The notes under the pieces: model-generated
Databases searched by the model: none
Told to the model about the DNA's origin: nothing
Seen by the model: only the letters and a program-made list of their open reading frames with translations
Part shown: positions 32,309 to 42,376 of the stretch, one piece after another
Layout of the letters: each line of letters starts with the position of its first letter
Position numbering within the stretch: the first letter of the stretch is position 1
Assembly (NCBI GenBank): GCA_016870195.1
Contig: VGCC01000004.1
Location: forward strand, 36,843-100,842
Reading direction: 5' to 3'
DNA: 64,000 nucleotides
From: Actinomycetota bacterium
Lineage (GTDB): Bacteria; Actinomycetota; Actinomycetes; S36-B12
Made by a program: the position numbers and the translations under genes

Positions 32309-32791
32309 ATGGCCTTCAATGTTGGCGACACCGTCGTGTATCCGCATCACGGCGCCGCGGTTATCGAGTCCGTTGAGATGCGCACGATCAAGGGGGAGGA
32401 CCGCGAGTACCTCGTGCTGCGGGTCGCCCAGGGTGATCTCACAGTGCGAGTCCCCGCGGACAACGTGGACCTCGTGGGTGTGCGCGATGTCGTAAACGCC
32501 GAGGGACTTGACCGCGTGTTCAACGTGCTGCGCCAGCCCTACACGGAGGAGCCCACCAACTGGTCCCGCCGGTACAAGGCGAATCTCGAGAAGCTCGCTT
32601 CGGGCGACGTCATCAAGGTCGCCGAGGTCGTCAGGGACCTGTGGCGTCGGGAGCGTGAGCGGGGACTGTCCGCAGGAGAGAAGCGGATGCTCGCGAAGGC
32701 CCGGCAGATTCTGGTGAGCGAACTGGCCCTCGCGGAGAAGACCGACGAGGGTAAGGCGGAAGCCATCCTCGACGAGGTCCTCGCTTCCTAG
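32309..32791 (+). CDS. carD: RNA polymerase-binding factor CarD
   Basis: [33 protein letters not shown]. Confidence 0.97.
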   Translation: MAFNVGDTVVYPHHGAAVIESVEMRTIKGEDREYLVLRVAQGDLTVRVPADNVDLVGVRDVVNAEGLDRVFNVLRQPYTEEPTNWSRRYKANLEKLASGDVIKVAEVVRDLWRRERERGLSAGEKRMLAKARQILVSELALAEKTDEGKAEAILDEVLAS

Positions 32792-32793
32792 CC

Positions 32794-33501
32794 ATGAGTG
32801 GGCGCACGGCGGCGCTGATCCCCGCCGCAGGCCGGGGCGAACGCCTCGGTCCTGGAGCACCCAAGGCCCTTCGCGATATCGGCGGGATCCCGATGCTCGT
32901 CCACGCGGTGAAGGCGATCTCCTCCTGTCCAGCGGTCAGCATCGTGATCGTCGCAGCGCCATCGGACAACGTCGACGAAGTCACCGCCCTCCTCGGTCAG
33001 CAAGAGTTTCCCTCGGACGTACACGTCGTCGCGGGTGGTGACACGCGGGTGGAGTCCGTCGCTCGCGCGCTTATCAATCTGCCCGACGACATCGATGTCG
33101 TCCTCGTTCATGACGCCGCGCGTCCGCTCGTTCCCGAGGAAGTCGTTGCCTCCGTTGTCTCTGCTGTGCGTGCCGGACACGACGCCGTCGTTCCCGCGCT
33201 GCCGATGACGGACACGGTGAAGCGGGTAGATACCAACGACGATGTGACCGCGACACTCGATCGATCGACGCTGCGTGCGATCCAGACACCGCAGGGCTTC
33301 CGTCGCGAGATCCTGCAGCGGGCCCACGCGATCGCCGATGACGAGGGAATCACCGACGATGCGGGAATGGTCGAAGCCCTCGGGATCACAGTGCACGTCG
33401 TGCCAGGACACGAGGAGGCGCTTAAGGTCACGCGTCCTTTCGACGTCGTTGTCGCGGAAGCAATCCTTGCCAAGCGAAGGAGCCTCGGTGCCCTCGGGTG
33501 A
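32794..33501 (+). CDS. ispD: MEP cytidylyltransferase
   Basis: [10 protein letters not shown]...PKA, VHDAARP, QTPQGF, TDDA, KVT. Confidence 0.95.
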   Translation: MSGRTAALIPAAGRGERLGPGAPKALRDIGGIPMLVHAVKAISSCPAVSIVIVAAPSDNVDEVTALLGQQEFPSDVHVVAGGDTRVESVARALINLPDDIDVVLVHDAARPLVPEEVVASVVSAVRAGHDAVVPALPMTDTVKRVDTNDDVTATLDRSTLRAIQTPQGFRREILQRAHAIADDEGITDDAGMVEALGITVHVVPGHEEALKVTRPFDVVVAEAILAKRRSLGALG

Positions 33502-33964
33502 CGTTCGCGTCGGCGTCGGAACGGATGTCCACGCATTTGCCGACGGTCGCGAACTCTGGCTGGCCGGCCTGCACTGGCCGGGCGAACGTGGCCTCCTCGG
33601 CCACTCTGATGCTGACGTGGCGGCACACGCCGCCTGCGATGCGGTGCTCTCCGCCGCGGGTCTCGGTGACCTCGGGTCGGTGTTCGGCACGTCGGATCCC
33701 GCATGGCAGGACGCCTCCGGCATCAGCCTGCTGGCTCACATCGCGCACCTCGTCCGCCAGGAGGGTTTCCGGATCGTCAATGTCAGCATCCAGGTCATCG
33801 GTAACTCTCCGCGGGTCGGTACCCGCCGCCAGGAGGCGCAGGACATCCTCTCTGCGGCCCTCGGTGCACCGGTCACCATCAGCGGAACCACCACCGACGG
33901 CCTCGGTCTCACCGGGCGCGGTGAAGGCATCGCGGCCATCGCCGTCGCACTCGTCACGACGTAG
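33488..33964 (+). CDS. ispF: MEcPP synthase
   Basis: [34 protein letters not shown]. Confidence 0.95.
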   Translation: MPSGDVRVGVGTDVHAFADGRELWLAGLHWPGERGLLGHSDADVAAHAACDAVLSAAGLGDLGSVFGTSDPAWQDASGISLLAHIAHLVRQEGFRIVNVSIQVIGNSPRVGTRRQEAQDILSAALGAPVTISGTTTDGLGLTGRGEGIAAIAVALVTT

Positions 33965-33992
33965 ACTCGGCCCACATCACGGGGGAGACACC

Positions 33993-34691
33993 ATGATCCG
34001 CACCGCACTGGCAACGTCCGTAGCCGTAGTGATGCTGGCCGCGGCGGCCGCTGCACCCGCATTCGCCTACGACCCCAAGGAGTACGCCTACGCGGCGGGT
34101 CACATGATCACGCCCAAGGAGATCGCCAAGCCTTTGACTGTGAAGTCCAAGGGCTACTTCAGTGCCGGTCCGGATGGCGGATCGTTCCTGTGTCGGAAGA
34201 ACGACAAGGACGTCAACTACCCCGGTGGTTCCGATCGCTACTCCATCAATTACAACGCGGAGAATGGCACGCGACCCAGCATCTCTGTCAATGTCCAGCA
34301 GTACTCCTCGAGTGTCAAAGCGATCAAGGCATTCGACACCCTGAAGAAGGCCGCAAAGACGTGTGCAGGACCCGCGAACGGCTCCGACAACTGGACCGGC
34401 GAGAACGGTGCTCCGGTGGTGCAGCAGTGGAGCCAACTGACCACCACGGGCTCCGTGCCGCTTGTGACCGTTGTGGGTGTTCCATCAATCTTTATCAACG
34501 TCAACTACGAGAACGTCGTCTCGAATGAGGAGAGCCGCTACAGCTCGGACAACTACACGGTCTACACCCTGGTCAACGACGTGATTATCAGTACCTCGTT
34601 CTTCTCGGGATCCCAGTTGAACATCACTGCGCCTCAGAAGAAGGCCGTGAATCAGACCGCATTCAACGCGGTCGGGACCTGGGTGGGCTGA
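33993..34691 (+). CDS. Secreted hypothetical protein (possible PknH-like sensor-domain fold)
   Basis: SD GGGAGA, signal peptide ending AFA, two Cys, Lys/Asn-rich. Confidence 0.7.
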   Translation: MIRTALATSVAVVMLAAAAAAPAFAYDPKEYAYAAGHMITPKEIAKPLTVKSKGYFSAGPDGGSFLCRKNDKDVNYPGGSDRYSINYNAENGTRPSISVNVQQYSSSVKAIKAFDTLKKAAKTCAGPANGSDNWTGENGAPVVQQWSQLTTTGSVPLVTVVGVPSIFINVNYENVVSNEESRYSSDNYTVYTLVNDVIISTSFFSGSQLNITAPQKKAVNQTAFNAVGTWVG

Positions 34692-34692
34692 C

Positions 34693-35091
34693 GTGGCGAC
34701 GCTTCCCGATTCCGTCAAGCCCTGGTTCGACGCGCCGGAGTTCGCCATGATCGCGACGCTCCTGCCGGACGGTGGACCACACCTGTCCGTGGTGTGGGTG
34801 GCGCGTGACGGTGACGAACTCCTTGTTTCGACTGTCAAGGGCCGACGCAAGCACCTGAACATCGAGCGGGATCCCCGGGTCAGCCTCCTGGTCTACCCGA
34901 AGGACAACCCCTATTCCTATGTCGAGGTGCGCGGAACCGCCACCATGACCGAAGAGGGCGGTCGTGACCTCATCGACCGTCTCTGTCACGAGTACACGGG
35001 TGCGGATCGCTACACCTACGACGACGGGACGGACAACGTGCGCGTCGTCGTGCGCATCACTCCCGACAAGGTCGTCACGCTACAGCGCTGA
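34693..35091 (+). CDS. PPOX-class F420-dependent oxidoreductase
   Basis: [36 protein letters not shown]. Confidence 0.88.
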   Translation: MATLPDSVKPWFDAPEFAMIATLLPDGGPHLSVVWVARDGDELLVSTVKGRRKHLNIERDPRVSLLVYPKDNPYSYVEVRGTATMTEEGGRDLIDRLCHEYTGADRYTYDDGTDNVRVVVRITPDKVVTLQR

Positions 35092-35111
35092 CGCCTCGCT
35101 ACTGTTCACGG

Positions 35112-36512
35112 ATGCGCCTCTACGACACCGCCACGCGCGCTGTCCGGGACTTTGTTCCCCGGGAGCCGGGCAAGGTGGCTATCTACCTGTGTGGCGCCAC
35201 TGTCCAGGCCCCTCCGCATGTCGGTCATATCCGCAGCGGAGTGGCATTCGACGTGATCCGACGGTGGTTCACGGCGCGCGGATACGACGTCACGTTCGTG
35301 CGCAATGTGACCGACATTGACGACAAGATCCTGCACAACGCGGGCCACGAAGACGTGCCTTACTGGGTGGTGGCCATGCGCAACGAGCGCGCCTTCACCC
35401 GCGCGTACGACACCCTCGGGTGTCTTCCCCCCACCTACGAGCCGCGCGCCACGGGTCACATCCCCGAAATGGTGGCCCTCATGCAGCGCTTGATTGACGC
35501 CGGCTACGGCTACGCCGCGAACGGTGACGTCTACTTCGATGTCCGGGCGTTCACGAACTACGGATCACTGAGCGGGCAGAAGCTCGACGACATGCTCGCC
35601 GCGGATGATTCCGAGGCCCGCGCCAAGCGGGATCCACGTGACTTCGCGATGTGGAAGGGAGCCAAACCGGGGGAGCCCGCCTGGTCCACCCCCTGGGGCG
35701 ATGGACGCCCGGGCTGGCACATCGAGTGCTCGGCGATGGCGGAGAAGTACCTCGGACCGGAGTTCGACATCCACGGGGGCGGGCTCGATCTCGTTTTTCC
35801 GCATCATGAGAACGAGATCGCGCAGTCTCAGGCTGCCGGTGACGCCTTCGCTCGCTACTGGTTGCACAACGCCTGGGTCACCACGGCCGGGGAGAAGATG
35901 AGCAAGTCATTGGGCAATTCCCTGCTCGTCGATCAGGTGGTTACTCGGATCCGACCCGTGGAGCTCCGCTACTACCTGGTGAGTGCGCACTACCGCTCGA
36001 TGCTCGAGTACAGCGACGACTCGGTCAGGGAGGCGGGAGCCTCCTATCGCCGGATCGAGGGCTTCCTCGAGCGTGCGGCGGAAACGGTGGGTCGCGACGC
36101 CATAGCGATCGGGACGCGCCCCGCCGCATTCGACGACGCGATGGATGACGACTTTGCCGTCCCCCAGGCCCTCGCGGTTCTGCACGAGACCGTGCGCGCG
36201 GGCAACAGCGCCCTCGCGGCAGGAGACGTTGCCGCAGCAGCGGAGGCCGCGTCGGCAACGCGGGGGATGCTGGACGTCCTGGGACTCGACCCCTGGTCCG
36301 ACCCGTGGGTGTCCTCGAATCCCAAGGACGAGTCCGCCGCGGTCATCGATGCCCTGGTGCAGGTGGCGATCCAGCAGCGCCAGGAGGCACGCGCTCGCAA
36401 GGATTTCGCCGCCGCGGATGCGATCCGCGACGGCCTCGCGGAGATCGGCATCGTCCTGGAGGACACGCCATCCGGTGCGCGATGGTCGATGAAGGAGCGT
36501 CATGGCGGGTAA
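35112..36512 (+). CDS. cysS: Cysteinyl-tRNA synthetase
   Basis: [34 protein letters not shown]. Confidence 0.97.
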   Translation: MRLYDTATRAVRDFVPREPGKVAIYLCGATVQAPPHVGHIRSGVAFDVIRRWFTARGYDVTFVRNVTDIDDKILHNAGHEDVPYWVVAMRNERAFTRAYDTLGCLPPTYEPRATGHIPEMVALMQRLIDAGYGYAANGDVYFDVRAFTNYGSLSGQKLDDMLAADDSEARAKRDPRDFAMWKGAKPGEPAWSTPWGDGRPGWHIECSAMAEKYLGPEFDIHGGGLDLVFPHHENEIAQSQAAGDAFARYWLHNAWVTTAGEKMSKSLGNSLLVDQVVTRIRPVELRYYLVSAHYRSMLEYSDDSVREAGASYRRIEGFLERAAETVGRDAIAIGTRPAAFDDAMDDDFAVPQALAVLHETVRAGNSALAAGDVAAAAEAASATRGMLDVLGLDPWSDPWVSSNPKDESAAVIDALVQVAIQQRQEARARKDFAAADAIRDGLAEIGIVLEDTPSGARWSMKERHGG

Positions 36513-37428
36513 CTCGCAGCGCCGCGGCGCCACGCGCAAACCCGGATCGAAGAAGGGTGCCACCGTCGGATCCGGCGGCCAGCGTCGGGCGAAACTTGAA
36601 GGACGCGGTCCCACCCCCAAAGCCGAGGATCGACCGCACCACGTCGCGGCGAAGCGCAAACGTGCGGCGTCACGTGCGCGCACCACGGCCCCGCGCACGA
36701 AGCGCTCGGGCACGTATCTCTTCGGTCGTAATCCGGTGGTGGAGGCGCTGCGTGCCGGGGTGCCCGCAACCACCCTGTATGTGCAATCGAAGGGTGACGC
36801 CGACGAGCGCGTGCGCGAGGCCATTGAGCTCGCGGTGACGTCCGGGATCCCGCTGCTCGAGGCACCGCGCTCGGAGATGGACACCCTCGCCGACGGCGGC
36901 GTCCATCAGGGTCTCCTGCTCGTCGTTCCCGACTATCGCTACGCGGACCTCGACGACGTGGCGGGTGCATCGCTGCTGATCGCCCTCGACGGAGTGACGG
37001 ACACACGTAACCTCGGTGCCATCGCGCGCTCCGGTGCCGCGTTCGGCGCTGGGGGCATCGTCGTCCCGAGTCGCCGATCAGTCACGGTCACCGCTGCGTC
37101 GTGGAAGGCATCGGCGGGCGCGCTGACGCGGGTCCCGGTCGCCGAAGTCACCAACCTCACGCGGGCGCTCACCGATCTCAAGAAGCGCGGGTTCACGGCC
37201 GTCGCCCTGGATGCCGACGGTGGGACGGCGATCGCGGATGTTCCCCGAGATGTGTGGCGTGATCCCATCGTGGTGGTCATCGGGTCCGAGGGGGCGGGAG
37301 TTTCGCGTCTGGTGGGGGAGACCTGCGATTGGCGCGTCATGATCCCGATGGCCGCGGGGCAGGAGTCCCTCAACGCCTCGGTCGCGGCCGCGATCGTCCT
37401 GCAGCGAATCCACGAGGCACGCACGTAG
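36502..37428 (+). CDS. rlmB: 23S rRNA Gm2251 methyltransferase
   Basis: [35 protein letters not shown]. Confidence 0.93.
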   Translation: MAGNSQRRGATRKPGSKKGATVGSGGQRRAKLEGRGPTPKAEDRPHHVAAKRKRAASRARTTAPRTKRSGTYLFGRNPVVEALRAGVPATTLYVQSKGDADERVREAIELAVTSGIPLLEAPRSEMDTLADGGVHQGLLLVVPDYRYADLDDVAGASLLIALDGVTDTRNLGAIARSGAAFGAGGIVVPSRRSVTVTAASWKASAGALTRVPVAEVTNLTRALTDLKKRGFTAVALDADGGTAIADVPRDVWRDPIVVVIGSEGAGVSRLVGETCDWRVMIPMAAGQESLNASVAAAIVLQRIHEART

Positions 37429-37450
37429 TCGCAGGTGAGACACTTGCCCC

Positions 37451-38140
37451 ATGGCACCGCTGATCGGCATCACCACCTACCTGGAGCCCGCGCAATGGGG
37501 GCTCTGGGATATCACCGCACCGGTGCTTCCGCGGTGGTACATCGATCTGTTCCAGGAGGCCGGTGCCACTCCCGTCATGCTCCCGCCGGGGACATCCACC
37601 GAGGTCATCGATCGGATCGACGGCCTTGTGATCGCTGGCGGTGCCGATGTCGACTCGCGTCTCTACGGCGAGACTCCGCACGAGACCGCCGATGCCCCGC
37701 GCGAGGTACGTGATGCCTCCGAGATCGCTCTCTACCGCGCTGCACTCGACGCGGAACTGCCGGTCCTCGGTATCTGCCGTGGGGTGCAGATCATGGCCGT
37801 TGCGCATGGCGGAGCACTTCACCAACACGTACCGGAGGTGACCGAACTTCCCCACAAGGAAGCACCGCTGGTGTTCGTCGAACACGGCGCGCGTTTCGAG
37901 CCGGGATCCCGAATCCATGCGATCTACGGGGATGCGGTCACCGTGAACTCCTTCCATCACCAGGCGGTGAAGGATCCTGGGACGCTGCGCATCACCGGCA
38001 CGGCTGAGGACGGCACCGTCGAGGTGTGCGAGGTTCCCGGATCGACGTTCATCGTGGGCGTGCAGTGGCACCCCGAGCACCCCGATCGTCGAGTCGCCGA
38101 TCGTCCACTCATCGACGCATTCCTCGCCGCCACAGGCTAG
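37451..38140 (+). CDS. Peptidase C26 gamma-glutamyl-GABA hydrolase (PuuD-like)
   Basis: PLIGITTY, GGADVD, LGICRGVQ, VNSFHHQAV, GVQWHPE. Confidence 0.88.
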   Translation: MAPLIGITTYLEPAQWGLWDITAPVLPRWYIDLFQEAGATPVMLPPGTSTEVIDRIDGLVIAGGADVDSRLYGETPHETADAPREVRDASEIALYRAALDAELPVLGICRGVQIMAVAHGGALHQHVPEVTELPHKEAPLVFVEHGARFEPGSRIHAIYGDAVTVNSFHHQAVKDPGTLRITGTAEDGTVEVCEVPGSTFIVGVQWHPEHPDRRVADRPLIDAFLAATG

Positions 38141-40011
38141 CCGCGCAGGAGGGGTGTGATCGCCTCGAGCACCGCTGGATCCTCGATCGTGCTCGGTACC
38201 GCTTCGTGGCGACCTTCGGCGATACCGCGCATGGTGCGCCGCAGGATCTTCCCTGATCGCGTCTTCGGAAGCGCGGACACGATCACGACGGACTTCAATG
38301 CGGCGACGGGGCCGATCTCCTCCCGGACCGCGCGGATAATCTCCTCCGCGAGCGTGTCGGGATCCACGGTGATGCCGCTCTTCGTGACGACCAGTGCGCG
38401 TGGCACCTGACCTTTGATCTCGTCGTGGACACCGATGACGGCGCACTCAGCCACCACCGGGTGTGAGGCCACGACAGCCTCCATCGATCCGGTGGAGAGG
38501 CGGTGTCCGGCGACGTTGATCACGTCATCCGTGCGTCCCATGACGAAGACGTAGCCGTCTTCGTCGATGAAGCCACCGTCACCGGTGGAGTAGAACCCGG
38601 GAAACTCCGCGAGATATCCCGAGATGTAGCGATCGTCATCACCCCAGAGCGTCGGCAGGGTGCCCGGAGGCATGGGGAGTCGTATTGCGATCGCACCTTC
38701 GACATTCGGCGCGCACTCGCCACCTGCGTGGTCGAGGACTCGTACGTCGTATCCCGGGACAGGCTTCGTGGGTGAGCCGGGCTTGATCGGCATCGGTTCC
38801 AGGCCGCGCATATTCGCCGCGATCGGCCACCCGGTCTCGGTCTGCCACCAGTTGTCGACGACCGGAACTCCCAATCGCATGGCAGCCCAGTGGTACGTGT
38901 CCGGGTCGAGCCGTTCTCCGGCGAGAAACAGGGTGCGCAGGGATGAGAGGTCGTAATCCGCGATGCGATCGCCTTCCGGGTCTTCACGCTTGATCGCACG
39001 AAGCGCCGTGGGCGCGCAGAACAAGGCGTTTACCCGGTACTGCTCGATCACCCGCCAGAAGGCACCTGCGTCGGGCGTTCCCACGGGCTTTCCCTCGTAC
39101 AGGATGGTCGTGGCACCTGTGATCAACGGCGCGTAGACGATGTAGGAATGTCCAACCACCCAGCCGACATCCGATGCCGCCCAGAACACGTCGTCGGGAC
39201 CCATGCCGTAGACGTTCGCGAACGACCATGCCATAGCAACCGCATGGCCACCGTTGTCGCGCACGATGCCCTTGGGCTTTCCCGTGGTACCCGATGTGTA
39301 GAGGATGTAGAGCGGGTCCGTGGCCATGACCGGTACGCAGTCGCGCGGTGACGCCTTCCCTTCTTCACTGTGCCAGTCAACGTCGCGTGGGCCGAGGTCC
39401 ACGACCATCTCGGGCCGCTGCCAGACGATGGTGTGCTGCGGAGGATGGGTGCTCAGGGCTATCGCCTCGTCGACAAGGGGCTTGTAGGGAACGACCCGCG
39501 TGGGCTCGAGGCCGCAGGATGCGGTGACGATCACCGTGGGCCGTGCATCGTCGATGCGGGCAGCCAGTTCCGCGGCAGCGAATCCACCGAATACCACCGA
39601 GTGCACGGACCCGAGTCGCGCGCACGCGAGCATCGCGATCACCGCCTGCGGGATCATCGGCAGGTAGATGATCACACGATCACCGCGTGAAACACCGTGG
39701 TCGGCGAGTACCCCCGCGAAGCGTGCAACGGCATCGCGTAGCTCCCGGTACGTGAGCGTTTCCTGCGTGCCGGTCAGGGCGCTGTCGTAGTGAATCACCG
39801 GATGCTCACCGCGTCCCGCCTCGACATGACGGTCGACGGCGTTGAAGCACGTATTGAGCTCACCATCGGCGAACCACCGGAAGAGCGGGGACTGGGAGTC
39901 CTCAAGGATCCGAGTCGGAGGCGTGGACCATGCGATGGCCGTTGCCGCCTCCGCCCAGAAGCTCTGGGGATCGGTGGCCGTGCGCGCACGTGCCTTGTCG
40001 TAGGCGCCCAC
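38137..40011 (-). CDS. prpE: Propionyl-CoA synthetase-like acyl-CoA ligase
   Basis: LYTSGTTGKPKGIVRDNGGHAVA, SDVGWVVGHSY, WWQTETGW, PKTRSGKILR. Confidence 0.8.
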   Translation of the reverse strand: MGAYDKARARTATDPQSFWAEAATAIAWSTPPTRILEDSQSPLFRWFADGELNTCFNAVDRHVEAGRGEHPVIHYDSALTGTQETLTYRELRDAVARFAGVLADHGVSRGDRVIIYLPMIPQAVIAMLACARLGSVHSVVFGGFAAAELAARIDDARPTVIVTASCGLEPTRVVPYKPLVDEAIALSTHPPQHTIVWQRPEMVVDLGPRDVDWHSEEGKASPRDCVPVMATDPLYILYTSGTTGKPKGIVRDNGGHAVAMAWSFANVYGMGPDDVFWAASDVGWVVGHSYIVYAPLITGATTILYEGKPVGTPDAGAFWRVIEQYRVNALFCAPTALRAIKREDPEGDRIADYDLSSLRTLFLAGERLDPDTYHWAAMRLGVPVVDNWWQTETGWPIAANMRGLEPMPIKPGSPTKPVPGYDVRVLDHAGGECAPNVEGAIAIRLPMPPGTLPTLWGDDDRYISGYLAEFPGFYSTGDGGFIDEDGYVFVMGRTDDVINVAGHRLSTGSMEAVVASHPVVAECAVIGVHDEIKGQVPRALVVTKSGITVDPDTLAEEIIRAVREEIGPVAALKSVVIVSALPKTRSGKILRRTMRGIAEGRHEAVPSTIEDPAVLEAITPLLRG

Positions 40012-40115
40012 CGCCACCTCCCATCCCCGCGTGGGGATTCTGGCACTGGAAACATGGTCGTGGGGTTGACATCACGACGTTGGCCCCCGACGGTAGGCAT
40101 GGCGAAGGGACCCGC

Positions 40116-41411
40116 ATGGGCAACACGGTGAAGAAGGCCACTCGGGCGGCCACGGTCACCAACGACCCTGCCGTGGAAGCCACGGTGTCGGCGGTCATCG
40201 CCGATGTGCGAGAGCGCGGGGACAATGCCGTACGCCACTACTCGCGCACCTTCGATTCCTGGGACCCGGTGAGTTTCCAGCTCGGCCCCGAGGAGATCGA
40301 GCGCGTCATCGCGTCGGTTCCCACCCAGGTGAAGGAGGACATCCGGGCAGCACAGGCAAACGTCCGCAACTTCGCCGAGCATCAGCGCACGTCGCTCCAC
40401 GACTTCGAAGTGGAGACTGCACCGGGGGTGTTCCTCGGTCAACGCAATATCCCCGTCGCCGCCGCGGGTGCCTACGTGCCCGGCGGGCGCTACCCGCTTG
40501 TCGCATCGGCGCATATGACGATCATCACGGCCAAGGTTGCAGGAGTCGAGCGCGTGACCGCGTGCACTCCGCCCATGCAGGGGCAGATCCCCGCGGCCAG
40601 TGTCGCGGCCATGGCGTTCGCGGGGGCCGACGAAATCCTCATCCTCGGAGGAGTGCAAGCAGTGGCAGCGATGGCGATCGGCACCGAGTCGATCGGTCGT
40701 GTCGACATCCTCACCGGGCCGGGGAATGCCTATGTTGCCGAGGCGAAGAGGCAACTCTTCGGTGAGGTGGGCATCGACTTGTTCGCCGGACCGACGGAGA
40801 CCCTGATCATCGCCGACGAACACGCCGATCCGTTCATGGTTGCCGTGGACTTGCTCAGTCAGGCCGAGCACGGGCCAGACTCGCCCGCGATCCTGATCAC
40901 CACATCGGAGGATGTCGCGCGTCGCACGGAGGAACACATCGATCGCCTGCTTCCGGGTATGCCCACGCGACAGAAGGCCGAACCTGCATGGCGCGATCAC
41001 GGTGAGATCCACGTCGTGGACTCCCTCACGGATGCCTATGTGCTCGCCGACGACTTCGCGAGTGAGCACGTGCAGGTTCTCACAGTCAACCCGCGTGAGG
41101 CCCTCGCGGCCATGCGCAACTACGGAGCGCTGTTCCTCGGAGATGGCACGTGCGTCACCTACGGAGACAAGGTGATCGGGACCAATCACACTCTGCCGAC
41201 GCGCAAGGCCGCCCGGTACACCGGTGGCCTCTGGGTGGGCAAGTTCCTCAAGACCGTTACCTACCAGGAGGTGCCGGACCCCGCCTCAAGTGCGGCACTC
41301 GGCGAACTTGCGGCCCGCGCCAGCCGGGTCGAATCCTTCGAGGGACATGCGCGTTCCGGAGATCTGCGCGCAGCGCGCCACTTCGGAACCGAATTGCCGT
41401 GGGCGCCGTGA
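40116..41411 (+). CDS. Histidinol dehydrogenase-like paralog (HpsN-related)
   Basis: YVPGGRYPLVASAHM, GPGNAYVAEAKR, DLFAGPTE, QAEHG, YGDKVIGTNHTLPT; not in a his operon. Confidence 0.8.
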   Translation: MGNTVKKATRAATVTNDPAVEATVSAVIADVRERGDNAVRHYSRTFDSWDPVSFQLGPEEIERVIASVPTQVKEDIRAAQANVRNFAEHQRTSLHDFEVETAPGVFLGQRNIPVAAAGAYVPGGRYPLVASAHMTIITAKVAGVERVTACTPPMQGQIPAASVAAMAFAGADEILILGGVQAVAAMAIGTESIGRVDILTGPGNAYVAEAKRQLFGEVGIDLFAGPTETLIIADEHADPFMVAVDLLSQAEHGPDSPAILITTSEDVARRTEEHIDRLLPGMPTRQKAEPAWRDHGEIHVVDSLTDAYVLADDFASEHVQVLTVNPREALAAMRNYGALFLGDGTCVTYGDKVIGTNHTLPTRKAARYTGGLWVGKFLKTVTYQEVPDPASSAALGELAARASRVESFEGHARSGDLRAARHFGTELPWAP

Positions 41412-41477
41412 CTGTCCGCAGTCAGGATTGAGATGGAGCGACACCAGCCATTCTGCGATCCTTCGACCACCATTGCG

Positions 41478-41489
41478 TGTTGCGCAACA
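41478..41489. promoter_or_regulatory. Palindrome TGTTGCGCAACA, probable HigA operator next to the TACATT -10 box
   Basis: Perfect 12-bp palindrome in the TA promoter. Confidence 0.6.
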
Positions 41490-41504
41490 TGGTACATTTG
41501 AGGT

Positions 41505-41783
41505 GTCATCAAGTCCTTCAAACACAAGGGCTTGCGAACGCTCTTCGAAACAGGAAAGGCATCAGGTGTACAGCCAGCCCACGCAAGACGGCTTCGTATT
41601 CAGCTTGCTGCACTCGACACAGCCCAGGAGATCGCTGACATGGATCTTCCGGGCTACCGGCTCCACCCCCTCAAGGGTGGGAGCCTTCGGCGGTGGTCGA
41701 TCACCGTCAACGGAAATTGGAGAATGACGTTCGAGTTCCGAGACGGGAACGCGTACGTCCTGGATTATGAGGACTATCACTGA
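41505..41783 (+). CDS. higB: HigB/RelE-family toxin; start position is GTC, possibly inactivated
   Basis: (V)IKSFKHKGLRTLFETG, LPGYRLHPLKG, WSITVNGNWRMTFEF, DYEDYH. Confidence 0.85.
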   Translation, partial: VIKSFKHKGLRTLFETGKASGVQPAHARRLRIQLAALDTAQEIADMDLPGYRLHPLKGGSLRRWSITVNGNWRMTFEFRDGNAYVLDYEDYH

Positions 41784-42088
41784 TGACTGATCTCAAACCC
41801 ATGCACAATCCACCGCACCCAGGTGAATTCATCTCCGAGGTCTACCTTGAGCCCTTTCAGATCAGTGGCCGGGAGCTAGCCCAGAAGTTGGACGTATCCG
41901 CATCGACTCTGAGTCGGATTCTTTCCGGTATCAGCCGGGTGACGCCTGAGATGGCTCTGCGCCTATCCAAGGCACTCGGGCGTTCCCCAGAGAGTTGGCT
42001 CGCGATGCAGGATGCTCACGATCTTTGGCAGGCCCGCAAGCAGGTGGACCTTCGACGAGTCACTCGCCTGAAGGTCGCTTCGGCCTAG
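41783..42088 (+). CDS. higA: HigA-family antitoxin
   Basis: MHNPPHPGEFI, TPEMALRLSKALGRSPESWLAMQ. Confidence 0.92.
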   Translation: MTDLKPMHNPPHPGEFISEVYLEPFQISGRELAQKLDVSASTLSRILSGISRVTPEMALRLSKALGRSPESWLAMQDAHDLWQARKQVDLRRVTRLKVASA

Positions 42089-42102
42089 ATTCCGTGTGGT
42101 CG

Positions 42103-42174
42103 AGCCCCCGGTCAGGATTGAACTGACGACCTACCGCTTACAAGGCGGTTGCTCTACCACTGAGCTACAGGGGC
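42103..42174 (-). tRNA. tRNA-Thr (anticodon UGU), CCA not encoded
   Basis: GCCCCTGTAGCTCAGTGGTAGAGCAACCGCCTTGTAAGCGGTAGGTCGTCAGTTCAATCCTGACCGGGGGCT folds as a cloverleaf. Confidence 0.95.
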
Positions 42175-42376
42175 GCGGGAGAAAGCCTAGTTCTCTGTGG
42201 CAATCAGACGGGGCCCGCGGCTAGCGCGCACATTCGGCTGGTGGGCAGAGTTACTCGGATCTGCACGGGGCGCACCCAGGACACCGCACCAGGGATGCTC
42301 AACAGCCTGCGAGTGATCTGCGATTCTGGCACCTATCGATTCCTAGAGGGGAATCTGGTTCCCCCGAGGAGGACCA

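Noticed and set aside
33498-33992. 165-codon N-terminal extension of the secreted protein, overlapping ispF
   Set aside because: SD and signal peptide place the start at 33993; the extension is off-frame ispF sequence
40116-41411. Annotation as biosynthetic hisD
   Set aside because: Variant motifs and no his operon context
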